Origin: a virus | Taxonomy: Duplodnaviria; Caudoviricetes | Virus record (IMG/VR): IMGVR_UViG_3300047157_000186 | DNA: 64,000 bases | Direction: 5' to 3' (one strand) | Part shown: positions 27,660 to 39,200 of the stretch, piece by piece | Position numbering within the stretch: the stretch's first letter is position 1 | How the letters are laid out: each line of letters opens with the position of its first letter | Position numbers and translations under genes: made by a program | Notes under the pieces: generated by a model | Told to the model about the DNA's origin: nothing | Database searches by the model: none | The model's input: the letters and a program-made list of their open reading frames with translations, nothing else

Positions 27660-28886
27660 ATGCATAGCGGCAACATAGAAAATTACAATTTTATACACGG
27701 TCTTCATAGAAATTTAATTAATGGGAAATGGTTTCCATTACATCCACATACATTAGGTAGAGCACTCACACATGATGAGATGGATTATAATTTACTTTAT
27801 AATCAACAAACAGTTGCAGGGTGGAGAATCTTTGGACTTAACGAAGATCTTTCATTAAGTGATGATGAGATAGGAAAATCATTAATTTTTCACAAGATTA
27901 AAATTACAGATACTGATTATGACAGATATGTAGCTGCAGGTTATAGTGCAGGTCATTATATATGGATAACTCCTATATATGATTGTTCAGAGTTTTATGT
28001 AAGTGGTACAAGTAATACAAACTCTACAGTAAGAGACTGTAGTGCATTTATAATTACTTTATCAGAAACTAGCCCTAGTATTGATAGTTGTGATATATTT
28101 GGTGTAAATAGCACAGGAACATCGAATTCAAACACTGATGCGCCAAGTTCAGGTTCAGGTGGAGGTTCAGGACCATCTCCAACTACACCACCAAATAGTG
28201 GCTCAGGCTCAGGTTCAGGTTCAGGCGGAGGTTCAGGTCCAACTCCAACGGCAACACCAAATAGTGGCTCAGGATCAGGTTCAGGATCAGGTTCAGGATC
28301 AGGTTCAGGATCAGGTTCAGGATCAGGTTCAGGTGGAGGTTCAGGTCCAACTCCAACGGCAACACCAGTTCCAACTTCGGTTCCAACGGCAACACCAGTT
28401 CCAACTTCGGTTCCAACTGCAACGCCAGTTCCGACTGCAATACCAACTGCAACACCGTCTCCAGTAGCTTCAAGAATATATTATTTCCACTTAGGAACTA
28501 ATCAATATCCATGGGGAAGAGATTTAATTAACGATCAATTATTTAAAGCTGATGATTCAATTGCAGCTAATTATAGTGAATCATTTGAAGATATGTTAGC
28601 TAATCCTGCATCATATGAAACTGTTGGTGAATTGGCAGAATTAGTTGACGGAACAACTTTTACAATGCCAGCAAGTATTACAGCAAACTTCTACTGGATA
28701 GCTATTCCTATATCAGCAGGAATTCCTGATTTAACGGTTAATCCTAAAATAGAAATCAGTGGAGCACCAGCAGATATATGTTCAGATAAATTAAACTTCG
28801 TTAGAGACAATGGAGAAGAATATACATTATATAAATTAAATACAGTGCCAACTGCGGGATCAGTTGACATAAAATATGTAAATTAA
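27660..28886 (+). CDS. Putative fibre/adaptor protein: Gly-Ser and Pro-Thr linker plus C-terminal domain X
   Basis: GRALTHDEMDYN; (GS)n; PTATPVPT repeats; C-terminal domain shared with 32542. Confidence 0.75.
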   Translation: MHSGNIENYNFIHGLHRNLINGKWFPLHPHTLGRALTHDEMDYNLLYNQQTVAGWRIFGLNEDLSLSDDEIGKSLIFHKIKITDTDYDRYVAAGYSAGHYIWITPIYDCSEFYVSGTSNTNSTVRDCSAFIITLSETSPSIDSCDIFGVNSTGTSNSNTDAPSSGSGGGSGPSPTTPPNSGSGSGSGSGGGSGPTPTATPNSGSGSGSGSGSGSGSGSGSGSGSGGGSGPTPTATPVPTSVPTATPVPTSVPTATPVPTAIPTATPSPVASRIYYFHLGTNQYPWGRDLINDQLFKADDSIAANYSESFEDMLANPASYETVGELAELVDGTTFTMPASITANFYWIAIPISAGIPDLTVNPKIEISGAPADICSDKLNFVRDNGEEYTLYKLNTVPTAGSVDIKYVN

Positions 28887-28903
28887 AAATAGTTAATACA
28901 AGC

Positions 28904-31900
28904 ATGAGCCTATTACCACAAGGAATATCTAGATCGGGTTTTTTCTCACCAGCAGAAACTACTGATGGAATTTTACATTCTATTACATTAAAGGGTGGAT
29001 ATCAAGAAATGTTAACCAAGGAAGATAGAAATAATATTAAATCATTCTTAAATATAACCGGTGCCGTTTATGATGGATTTACACAATCTAATGATGTGTG
29101 GTCAACTGGTAGAAGAAGAGTAGGAATGATGATATATGTCGTTGAAGATAGAAAATTATACAACTTAATTCCTATTGGTTTCTTTGGAAATGAAGGTGAT
29201 TTAGGAAAAGAAGAATGGTTGGCATTACCAGAATGGGAAAGAGCATTAAGAATGGATCCTTCTGGAGCATTCACTTCAGAGTCTGCAAGTCCTTTAAATG
29301 GATTTACCGCTGTGATAAAAACAGCAGCTGATTTAGGAATTGCTCCGGATGCTAATTCTTCTTGGGTTGAATTGCCAGTAGGTGTTAATGGTTTAGATGG
29401 TTCACCAGGAGTAGATGGTCTTAATTCATATATACATATAGCATACGCAAATGATATAAATGGTTCTGGTTTTTCTAAAACAGAATCTAACGATAAATTG
29501 TATATCGGCCAATACACTGATTTTAATCCTAATGGATCTTTAGATCATACTAAATATACATGGTCACAGATAAAGGGTGAAAAAGGTGACACAGGTGATT
29601 CAGGTTTAGATGGTTTACAAGGTAATGATGGTGCTGATGGAATTCAAGGTCCAAAAGGTGATGATGGATTACCAACTTATTTTCATATAGCTTATGCTAA
29701 TGATTCATCAGGTGGAGGTTTTAGTCAAGATGCTGCCGGAAAAGAGTATATAGGTACTTATGTCGATGGTATAGAAGATGATGCTTTACCAAATTCATCT
29801 TTATGGAAATGGGCATTGATTAAAGGTATCGATGGAGCAGATGGCGAAAACGGTATACCAGGAATAGATGGTGAAAATGGACAAACTTCATACTTACACT
29901 TAGCATATGCAAACGATTCAAACGGCCAGAGCGGTTTTAGTGTAACTGATTCAGATAATAAATTATACATTGGACAATATACTGATTTTAATTTAGCAGA
30001 TTCTACAGATCCAAATGTATATTTATGGACAAAAATCAAGGGTGATAAAGGTGATAAAGGTGATCAAGGTCTTGCCGGTTTACAAGGTGATAAAGGTGAA
30101 GATGGTATTCCAGGTCCTAAAGGTCTTGATGGTGTACAAACTTATTTCCATATAGGTTACGCTGATGATGCATCAGGTGGAGGATTTAGCCAACAAGCTG
30201 CCGGAAAAGATTATATAGGTACTTATGTTGATGATGTGTCTGACGATGCAGGTTTCAATTCTCCATTATGGAAATGGCAATTAGTTAAAGGTGTAGACGG
30301 AGTAGATGGTGAAAACGGTATACCAGGAATAGATGGTGAAAATGGACAAACTACATACTTACACATAGCTTATGCTAATAATACAACAGGTTTAGACTTT
30401 GATATTAGCGATTCTGCAGGTAAAGATTATATTGGTCAATATACTGATTATGTTCTAGAAGATTCAAACAACCATACAAACTATACATGGTCATTAATTA
30501 AAGGAGCTGACGGTCAGGATGGTGCTGATGGATATATTCCTGTTAAGGGCGTAGATTATTTTGATGGTGTAGATGGTCAAGATGGTGCTGATGGAGATAG
30601 TGCATATAATGCATGGTTAGCCTCTGGAAATACAGGAACTACTACTGATTTCCTTAATTCATTAGTTGGACAAGATGGTGCCGATGGTGCTGATGGTATT
30701 AGAGGTGCAGATGGAGTAAACGGTGAACCAACATATACTTGGATTAGATATGCTGATTCTGGAGATGGTTCTACTGGCTTTAGTAATTCACCTACAAATA
30801 AAAAATATATTGGTTTTGCTTTTAACAAAACAACAAGTACAGAATCTAACAACCATTCTGATTATACATGGTCATTAATTAAGGGTGATCAAGGTGAAAA
30901 AGGTGATCAAGGTGAAAAAGGTAGTAATGGTGCACAAGGTTTACAAGGAATTCAAGGAGCAGGTGGAGCTCAGGGTATTGCTGGACCAACTGGTGGAAAA
31001 GGTGATGCCGGACCAAGAGGTTTAGAAGGTCTTAAAGGTGAAACTGGTGGTAAAGGTGATGCTGGAATAAGTTCATATTTCCATATAGCGTATGCTGATA
31101 ATGAAAATGGTGGTGGATTTAGCCAATCACCTGCTGGAAAAGATTATATAGGAACTTATGTTGACTATGATCCAAATGATGCTGGAGCTGGAGATTCAAA
31201 ATGGAAATGGGCACTAGTTAAAGGTGCAAATGGTGCAAATGGTGCAGATGGTATTGCAGGAACAAACGGTCAAAATGGTCTAACTTCATATTTACACATA
31301 GCTTATGCTAACAGTTCAAATGGAGCTTCAAATTTTAGTGTAGACGATTCTACAAATAGAGATTATATCGGTCAATATACTGATCAAACACTAGAAGATT
31401 CAAACGACCATACAAAATATACATGGTCACTTATAAAGGGTGCAACAGGTGCTCAAGGTAGTGCAGGTGCTAAAGGTGATGCTGGACCAAAAGGTGATAA
31501 AGGAGCAACTGGTCCTGCCCCAGATACTAGTCAATATTTAACTACATCTACTACTATTGATGGTAGTAAAATAACTACAGGTGTCCTAAAAAGTGGAGAC
31601 TTCAATTTAGCGGGTGCTGATTGGACAACATATTCGCCTAACGGAATGGCCATTAATTTAGATAATGATGCTATCAACGCTCCAACTTTTTATATCTCAC
31701 CTGCTGGTGATGCTAAATTTAAAGGTGATATTGATATTGCAGGTGATGCAAAGATTGGTGGAGTTTTAGCTAGTGGATTCTTTCAAACCAAAGTTGTAGA
31801 TGGTGTATCTAAACTTGCATTGTACGAGGATGTTATTATTGGTGAAGAAACATTTTCAAAATATAAAGAAGATGCAAGAACCGATAGTGAACTAAGTGAA

Positions 31901-32497
31901 GAAACCGATGAAGGCCGTGGAGGCCAATTGGCGACACTTTCTCACGCATACGTTAAAAGAAATGATGTTTCTATCGAAAGTGGAGATTTAGTTAAATTAG
32001 ATAATAATAATGAATTAGTAAAAGCAGATTCTGCAAAAGATACTGGTATAGTTGGTATTTTATGGCTAGAAGTTGATTATTCTTTAAAACCAAGTCCATT
32101 AGATAAACACTTTAGTGAACCTAGAGTATATGTAGAAAAAGATCATCATTATAGAGATTCATTTGGTGTTAAATTAGCAGAAGCTGATAGAGATACTAAA
32201 ACTATTTGGAGAGTTGCTTCATTAGGTGATTCAATTGAAGGATCGCTATTAGGTATGAAAGTATGTAATCAAAATGGTGAAGTAGCTATTGGAGACCTTT
32301 TATGTTCTTCAGATACACCAGGTTATCTTATGAAACAACCAGTTGAATATGCAGTTGTTAACATTGAAGATGGCACTCCACAATATGAAGAAAGACAAGT
32401 GATTAATTCATTTACAGTAGGTAAATGTATGTCATCTGTTAATTTTGATGGAAATGGCAAAGCAGAAGGCGTTTATGGATACCTTTATTGCGGATAA
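28904..32497 (+). CDS. Collagen-like tail fibre: N-terminal domain Y plus eight Y(I/F/L)H(I/L)AYA-type repeats
   Basis: GXY tracts alternate with HIAYA...YIG(Q/T)Y.D...W..IKG units; C-terminal GDLLCSSDTPGYLMK. Confidence 0.8.
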   Translation: MSLLPQGISRSGFFSPAETTDGILHSITLKGGYQEMLTKEDRNNIKSFLNITGAVYDGFTQSNDVWSTGRRRVGMMIYVVEDRKLYNLIPIGFFGNEGDLGKEEWLALPEWERALRMDPSGAFTSESASPLNGFTAVIKTAADLGIAPDANSSWVELPVGVNGLDGSPGVDGLNSYIHIAYANDINGSGFSKTESNDKLYIGQYTDFNPNGSLDHTKYTWSQIKGEKGDTGDSGLDGLQGNDGADGIQGPKGDDGLPTYFHIAYANDSSGGGFSQDAAGKEYIGTYVDGIEDDALPNSSLWKWALIKGIDGADGENGIPGIDGENGQTSYLHLAYANDSNGQSGFSVTDSDNKLYIGQYTDFNLADSTDPNVYLWTKIKGDKGDKGDQGLAGLQGDKGEDGIPGPKGLDGVQTYFHIGYADDASGGGFSQQAAGKDYIGTYVDDVSDDAGFNSPLWKWQLVKGVDGVDGENGIPGIDGENGQTTYLHIAYANNTTGLDFDISDSAGKDYIGQYTDYVLEDSNNHTNYTWSLIKGADGQDGADGYIPVKGVDYFDGVDGQDGADGDSAYNAWLASGNTGTTTDFLNSLVGQDGADGADGIRGADGVNGEPTYTWIRYADSGDGSTGFSNSPTNKKYIGFAFNKTTSTESNNHSDYTWSLIKGDQGEKGDQGEKGSNGAQGLQGIQGAGGAQGIAGPTGGKGDAGPRGLEGLKGETGGKGDAGISSYFHIAYADNENGGGFSQSPAGKDYIGTYVDYDPNDAGAGDSKWKWALVKGANGANGADGIAGTNGQNGLTSYLHIAYANSSNGASNFSVDDSTNRDYIGQYTDQTLEDSNDHTKYTWSLIKGATGAQGSAGAKGDAGPKGDKGATGPAPDTSQYLTTSTTIDGSKITTGVLKSGDFNLAGADWTTYSPNGMAINLDNDAINAPTFYISPAGDAKFKGDIDIAGDAKIGGVLASGFFQTKVVDGVSKLALYEDVIIGEETFSKYKEDARTDSELSEETDEGRGGQLATLSHAYVKRNDVSIESGDLVKLDNNNELVKADSAKDTGIVGILWLEVDYSLKPSPLDKHFSEPRVYVEKDHHYRDSFGVKLAEADRDTKTIWRVASLGDSIEGSLLGMKVCNQNGEVAIGDLLCSSDTPGYLMKQPVEYAVVNIEDGTPQYEERQVINSFTVGKCMSSVNFDGNGKAEGVYGYLYCG

Positions 32498-32541
32498 TAC
32501 TAAATAAATGAATATATAAATAAATAAAACAAAGATAAATA

Positions 32542-34176
32542 ATGGCAAACATTACAAATGGAACAGTATCAGTAACAGTATCTGGAGGAGTCGGACCTTA
32601 CCAGTATACTTTATTGAACGCAGGGAATAATTTACCTGTACCACAAAACGCATATCCGACGTTTCAAAATCCTGTAAATTCAGTTGTATCAAACTCATTT
32701 ACTTTTGGAAACGCTACAGATTATTCAGGTAACAGTGGAGTTGTTGCAGGTGATTATAAAATAAAAATAGTCGACGGAAATGGTTGTGAAACTTTTACTA
32801 ATGTTTTAACTGTTAATGCCAATACTCCTTCGCCAACTGCGACACCAGCTCCGACTGCAGTTCCAACTGCAACGCCAGTGCCAGATCCGACTGCAACGCC
32901 AGTGCCAGATCCGACTGCAACGCCAGTTCCAGATCCTACAGCAACAGCTATACCAGATCCGACTGCAACGCCAGTTCCAGATCCTACAGCAACAGCTATA
33001 CCAGATCCAACTGCAACGCCAGTTCCGACTGCAATACCAACTGCAACGCCAGTTCCGACTGCTGAACCATTATTATTACAACCACAGAGACATGTTGTTT
33101 CTGGATGGAATCTAATGGCAGGTGAACCTGAAGAATTCATAAATGGATTACTTGATAAGAATGAAGAAGAACATCGTGATTTCTTCTGTAATGCACAAGA
33201 TATTAGTGGTGTATCTCATCAAGCAGGAGACGAAGCTAGACCATATGTATTATGGACCGCTGAAGAAGAGGCGTTAACTATGCCTGAAGTTGGAAACGTA
33301 TTTTACGCAGATCAAAATGGAGATGAATTCTTTACAAATAGTGGATTCCTTTGGTGGAATTCTGAAACACCATCATCAGAACCTACAAATTACTTCTGGG
33401 TTACTATAGGATCTGAAGGTGTAGCTACTAAAGTTTTACAATGGACAGAATGTCCACCAGATCCAACTGCAACGCCAGTTCCACCAACTGCAACGCCAGT
33501 TCCAACAGCTGAACCAACTGCAACGCCAGTTCCAACAGCTGAACCAACTGCAACGCCAGTTCCAACAGCTGAACCGACTGCAACGCCAGTTCCACCAACT
33601 GCAACGCCAGTTCCAACAGCTGAACCGACTGCAACGCCAGTTCCACCAACTGCAACGCCAGTTCCAACAGCTGAACCAACTGCAACGCCAGTTCCAACAG
33701 CTGAACCAACTGCAACGCCAGTTCCACCAACTGCAACGCCAGAACCAGAACAAGCTGATGCATATTACTTCCACTTAGGATCAGGAGGATATCCTTACGC
33801 ACAAGATCTAATTGGAGGAACTTTATATAAAGCTGATAATAGTGTAGCTGCTAATTATGATGAATCATTCGCAGATATGTTAGCTAACCCTGGATCATAT
33901 GAACAAGTAAACTCACTATCTGAAATAGTTGATGGTACTAGTTTTACAATTCCGGCAAGTAGTTCAGCTAACTTCTATTGGCTAGCAATTCCAGTAGATA
34001 TGATAGGTGATGACTTAACAGTTCATAAAAGATTTGAAATCGATGGAGCACCAGCAGATAATTGTTCAGAAAAATTAGCATTTGTTGGACCAAATGGAAC
34101 TAATTATAATTTGTATAAATTAAACACTGTTCCAATGACTATTGAATTACCTATAGTTTACGTTGTAAATAGCTAA
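32542..34176 (+). CDS. Putative fibre/adaptor protein: SprB-like N-terminus, Pro-Thr repeats, C-terminal domain X
   Basis: GTVSVTVSGGVGPYQY; two PTATP tracts. Confidence 0.75.
   Translation: MANITNGTVSVTVSGGVGPYQYTLLNAGNNLPVPQNAYPTFQNPVNSVVSNSFTFGNATDYSGNSGVVAGDYKIKIVDGNGCETFTNVLTVNANTPSPTATPAPTAVPTATPVPDPTATPVPDPTATPVPDPTATAIPDPTATPVPDPTATAIPDPTATPVPTAIPTATPVPTAEPLLLQPQRHVVSGWNLMAGEPEEFINGLLDKNEEEHRDFFCNAQDISGVSHQAGDEARPYVLWTAEEEALTMPEVGNVFYADQNGDEFFTNSGFLWWNSETPSSEPTNYFWVTIGSEGVATKVLQWTECPPDPTATPVPPTATPVPTAEPTATPVPTAEPTATPVPTAEPTATPVPPTATPVPTAEPTATPVPPTATPVPTAEPTATPVPTAEPTATPVPPTATPEPEQADAYYFHLGSGGYPYAQDLIGGTLYKADNSVAANYDESFADMLANPGSYEQVNSLSEIVDGTSFTIPASSSANFYWLAIPVDMIGDDLTVHKRFEIDGAPADNCSEKLAFVGPNGTNYNLYKLNTVPMTIELPIVYVVNS
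33461..33745 (+). repeat. Intragenic tandem repeat of 30-nt (PTATPVPTAE) and 21-nt (PTATPVP) units
   Basis: CCAACTGCAACGCCAGTTCC recurs directly; similar tracts occur at about 28345-28460, 32820-33060 and 35165-35295. Confidence 0.9.
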
Positions 34177-34204
34177 AATAAATAATAAAAATAAATAATA
34201 AAAA

Positions 34205-36097
34205 ATGGCACTACCACAAGGAATACAAAGAGTTAACTTTTTATCAGCATCCGCTCCAAGTGATGGAATAATACATTCTATTGCACAAAAGGGTGGATAT
34301 CAAGAAATCTATCATCAGAATGATTTCCCTACAATTACATGTTTTGAAAACAGTGATTCAGCATATACTGGTTTCACTTTATCAGATGACATATGGTCTT
34401 CAGGTAGAAGAAGAGCCGGTATGTTGGTTTTTGTAATGAAAACAAAACAATTTTTTAATTTAATTCCAGTAGGTTTTGTTGGAAACGGAGGAGATTTACT
34501 TGAAGCTGATTGGATTAATATGCCTGAGTGGGAAAGAGCATTGAGAATTGATCCTTCAGGAACTTATTGTTCTGAAGGAGCAACTCCAGCAAATGGTTTT
34601 ACTGCTGTACAAAAAACAGCTGCAGATATAGGAATATCTGCAGATCCAATGGGATGTTGGATAGAAACAAGTATCGGAACTAATGGAGTTGATGGAGCAG
34701 ACGGAGCTGATGGAGCACCAGGAGCTGATGGAGCCGATGGAGCACCAGGAGCCAATGGAGTTGATGGAGCTGATGGAGCACCAGGAGCCGATGGAGCCGA
34801 TGGAGCTGATGGTCAAGATTATGAAAAAGTATTAGATTTCTGGTCTGAAGGAGCAGAATTCTATAAAGTAGGTCAAGATTCAGAATATGAAAATAGTGTT
34901 AACAATAGAAATCCTAACTTATATGTATGTAAAGGTGAAACTTATACATTTAGAAGATCTACTGGAGGGCATCCATTAAATATTTTTAGTCAAAACGGTA
35001 ATATCGCTGCAGGAATTGTTAGTGGTAGTTTACCAGTTGTTGAAAATGCAGATTTAGTGTGGAAAGTACCACAAGATGCGTTTGGAACATATACATATGT
35101 GTGTACTGCACATGCAGGTATGACAGGAACAATAACAGTATGTTGTGCTGACGGAACTCCGGCTCCAGATCCAACTGCAACACCAGTTCCTCAACCAGAT
35201 CCAACTGCAACGCCAGTTCCTCAACCGGATCCAACTGCAACGCCAGTTCCAGATCCAACTGCAACACCAGTTCCTGAGCCAACTGCAACACCAGAAGCAC
35301 CTAAAGATGTGTATACATTTGGTGTAAATGTAGCTGACGGTGCAGGAGATATTGAAAATAAAGAAGCATGTGAAGATTTAAAACATCCAATATATACTTC
35401 AGATAAAGCAGATCCAATGCAATTAACTATAGGTGATCGTTTATGGCAAGACGTTGAAACAAGTGTGCCATTTAATGGTAGCGACAGATGGTATGATATA
35501 GGAAATGAAGGAATTCCAAAATTAAAAGTTAAAGTTAGAGGCGGTGAAATAGTATCAGTTGCTGATTGTCCAGGAGATTCTCCGGATCCAACACCGCAAC
35601 CAGATCCAACTGCAACACCGCAACCAGATCCAACTGCAACACCGATTCCACCAACACCTCAACCAACTGATAGTTCAGGTGATGGAAACGGTCCAACACC
35701 AACTGCAACACCAGATAGACCTGAGGATAAATACACAACTACATGGACATTTGAAGAAGCTTCACAAGATCCAACTTATAAAATAGTTTCAGGTACAGGT
35801 AGTAGTAGAAATGAGGAAGAAGATCTAACATCATTTAGAACTCCTGCAGTAAGTAAAGAAACTTCTACTAACCATTACTTATGGATTGTTAGAAGAGACG
35901 GACAACCTATTACTAATTCGGCAGTTGCACGTCTAGAACTAGAAGGTTCTGCTCAACAACATATTGTTAATCAAAATGCTATAAGAGTACAAATACCAAT
36001 TACTCAAGCAGAAGGAGATAGAACATACACTGGAACATTAATTACAAATCCTGAAGGAGGCGAAGGAGGCGAAGGAGAAGGAGATGATCCAAGGTAA
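34205..36097 (+). CDS. Fibre protein: domain Y, collagen, cupredoxin-like domain, Pro-Thr repeats
   Basis: [12 protein letters not shown]; GADGAP repeats; GHPL...YVCTAHAGMTG. Confidence 0.75.
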   Translation: MALPQGIQRVNFLSASAPSDGIIHSIAQKGGYQEIYHQNDFPTITCFENSDSAYTGFTLSDDIWSSGRRRAGMLVFVMKTKQFFNLIPVGFVGNGGDLLEADWINMPEWERALRIDPSGTYCSEGATPANGFTAVQKTAADIGISADPMGCWIETSIGTNGVDGADGADGAPGADGADGAPGANGVDGADGAPGADGADGADGQDYEKVLDFWSEGAEFYKVGQDSEYENSVNNRNPNLYVCKGETYTFRRSTGGHPLNIFSQNGNIAAGIVSGSLPVVENADLVWKVPQDAFGTYTYVCTAHAGMTGTITVCCADGTPAPDPTATPVPQPDPTATPVPQPDPTATPVPDPTATPVPEPTATPEAPKDVYTFGVNVADGAGDIENKEACEDLKHPIYTSDKADPMQLTIGDRLWQDVETSVPFNGSDRWYDIGNEGIPKLKVKVRGGEIVSVADCPGDSPDPTPQPDPTATPQPDPTATPIPPTPQPTDSSGDGNGPTPTATPDRPEDKYTTTWTFEEASQDPTYKIVSGTGSSRNEEEDLTSFRTPAVSKETSTNHYLWIVRRDGQPITNSAVARLELEGSAQQHIVNQNAIRVQIPITQAEGDRTYTGTLITNPEGGEGGEGEGDDPR

Positions 36098-36121
36098 TTA
36101 ATTAATTAAATTAATTTTATT

Positions 36122-36151
36122 AAAAGAGAGGCTTTTTGCCTCTCTTTTTTT
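36122..36151 (+). terminator. Intrinsic terminator
   Basis: AAAAGAGAGGC-TTTTT-GCCTCTCTTTT followed by Ts. Confidence 0.85.
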
Positions 36152-36205
36152 GTTTCCACGTTTTTAATTTAGATATATAAAAAAAGAAAAATAATTTAAT
36201 TTATA

Positions 36206-39200
36206 ATGGCTTTACCACAAGGAATACAAAGAGTTAACTTTTTATCTCATTCAGCACCATCTGAAGGTTTAATACATTCTATCGCACAAAAGGGTGGTTA
36301 TCAAGAAATGATAACAGTTGGAGAAAGAAATAGTATACCTCTTTTTGAAAATGGAGTTTCAACATATACAGGTTTTACAATATCGGATGACATTTGGTCA
36401 TCAGGTAGAAGAAGAGTTGGTATGATGATTCATGTTGTAGAAGATAAAAAAATATTTAATTTAATTCCCGTTGGTTTCTTTGGAAACGGTGGTGATTTAG
36501 GAGAAGCTGATTGGTTAGCTTTACCAGAATGGGAAAGAGCATTAAGAATAGATCCTGCAGGAACTTACTGTGCTGCGGGTGCAACTCCAGCAAATGGTTT
36601 TACTGCTGAACAAAAAACGGCTGCAGATATAGGAATATCTAATGATCCTAATGGATGTTGGGTAGAATTATCATTATCTGGAGAAAGCGGAGCTGATGGA
36701 ACTTCAGGTGTAGATGGAGCTGATGGAGCACAAGGAGTAAATGGGAACGATGGAACTTCAGGTGTAGATGGATCCTCAGTAAATTTCATGACTACTTCAA
36801 CTGATATACACTCAAATAATGCAAACGGTACTTTAACAGTAGATCCTGGATTATCTTATATAGGTGGCGAATATATTTCGATTACACAACCATTAGATAT
36901 GACTAATGTACAAATTGCAATAGTAACTGCTTACAGTAATACGCAATTAACATTTTCACACGTATCAAATAACGGTAACTTATTAAATAGTAACGGTCCT
37001 TGGATTATTAATCTAAGTAGTGTACCTGGTCAAACAGGAGCAGATGGAACATCAGGAGTTGATGGAAACGATGGAACTTCTGGTAGTAATGGAACTTCTG
37101 GTATTAATGGACTCGCTGGAACTTCAGGAAATGACGGTGTTAATGGAACATCAGGAGTTGATGGAACATCAGGAAAAGATGGTTCTAATGGAGAAGATGG
37201 TGAAGATGGAGTTAATGGAACTTCTGGTATCAATGGAACTTCTGGTATCGATGGAACTTCTGGTATCGATGGAGTTAGTGGAACTTCTGGTATAGATGGA
37301 ACTTCTGGTATAGATGGAACTTCTGGTATTAATGGAACTTCAGGAGTTGATGGAAACGCTGGAACTTCTGGTGTAGATGGAACTTCTGGAACAGATGGAG
37401 ATTCAATAGAATTTGCAACTTCATTTAATGGTCCACATAGTCTCGGTGAAGACAGAAATCCAGGTAACCAAGATTTAGGTTCGGTAACAGTAGATACTGG
37501 TTTATCATATCAAGGTGGTGAATACGTTATAGTATCTTTAGATGCCAGTCCGGATGATTTTGATATAGTACAAGTAACTTCATATGATAGTTCTACTGGT
37601 GTAATGATGTGGAATAACGTTTATCAAAGTACAGAATCTTCATTTAGTTCTAATTGGAATATCAACTTAACTGGTATACCAGGTATTAAAGGTGATGATG
37701 GAGCTACAGGTGCCGATGGTGTTGATGGTAGAGGAATCTCTTCTATTACAATAGACGACGATGGTAACATGATAATTGTTTATACGAACGGTGATGGTGC
37801 TACTTTACCAAATGTTGGCGGTGAAGATGGAACATCTGGAGTAGATGGAACTTCTGGTGCAGATGGAACTTCAGGAGTTGATGGAACTTCAGGTATTAAA
37901 GGAGAAGATGGAACTTCAGGAATTAATGGTATAGATGGAACTTCAGGTGTAACACCAATAAAAGGTGAAGATTATACTGATGGAACTTCAGGAAAAGACG
38001 GTGCAGATGGAACTTCAGGAGTTGATGGAAACAATGGAACTTCTGGTGCAGATGGAACTTCAGGAGTTGATGGAACTTCAGGTATTAAAGGAGAAGATGG
38101 AACTTCAGGAGTTGATGGTCCACGAGGTGGAGTAGGACCAGGTGTTAATTTTAAAGGAGAAGTTGAAACAGAAGCAAATTTACCGGAAGAAGGCAATCAA
38201 CAAGGTGACGCATATATTGTACAAGCAGATGATAGTTTCTGGATGTGGAACGGAACAAATTGGATTAATGGTGGATCAATACAAGGTGCATCAGGAACTT
38301 CAGGTAAAGATGGAACCTCAGGAGTTGATGGAAACGATGGAACTTCAGGAGTAGATGGAACTTCAGGAAAAGACGGTGAAGATGGAACTTCAGGTAGAGA
38401 TGGCGCAGATGGTACATCTGGAGCTGATGGTGCTGATGGTGATCATGGAACATCAGGTATAAGCGGAACTTCAGGTACAACTCCAATAAAAGGTGAAGAT
38501 TATGTAGATGGAACTTCAGGAAAAGACGGTGAAGATGGAACTTCAGGAGTAAGCGGAACTTCAGGAGTTGATGGAACTTCAGGAGTTGATGGAACTTCAG
38601 GTAGAGATGGAACATCTGGAATTAATGGTACATCAGGTGCAACACCAATAAAAGGTGAAGATTATAACGATGGAACTTCAGGAATTAATGGAACATCAGG
38701 TGTAACACCAATAAAAGGTGAAGATTATGTAGATGGAACTTCAGGAAAAGACGGCGAAGATGGAACTTCAGGTAGAGATGGAACTTCAGGAATTAATGGT
38801 ACATCTGGAATTAACGGTACATCTGGAATTAACGGTGTAAACGGAACTTCAGGTGTAAACGGAACATCTGGAATTAATGGTACATCAGGTATAAGTGGAA
38901 CTTCAGGTGTAACACCAATAAAAGGTGAAGATTATACTGATGGAACTTCAGGAAAAGACGGTGAAAATGGAACTTCAGGTAGAGATGGAACAAGTGGATC
39001 TTCAGGAGTAACTGGTAATCCAGGAACATCAGGTGTAAGTGGAACTTCTGGTGTAAGTGGATCAAGTGGATCTTCAGGAACTGATGGATCGAGCGGATCT
39101 TCGGGAAGAAATGGAACTTCAGGTATAACGCCAATAAAGGGTGAAGATTATGTAGATGGAACTTCAGGAAAAGACGGTGAAGATGGAACTTCTGGTATAG

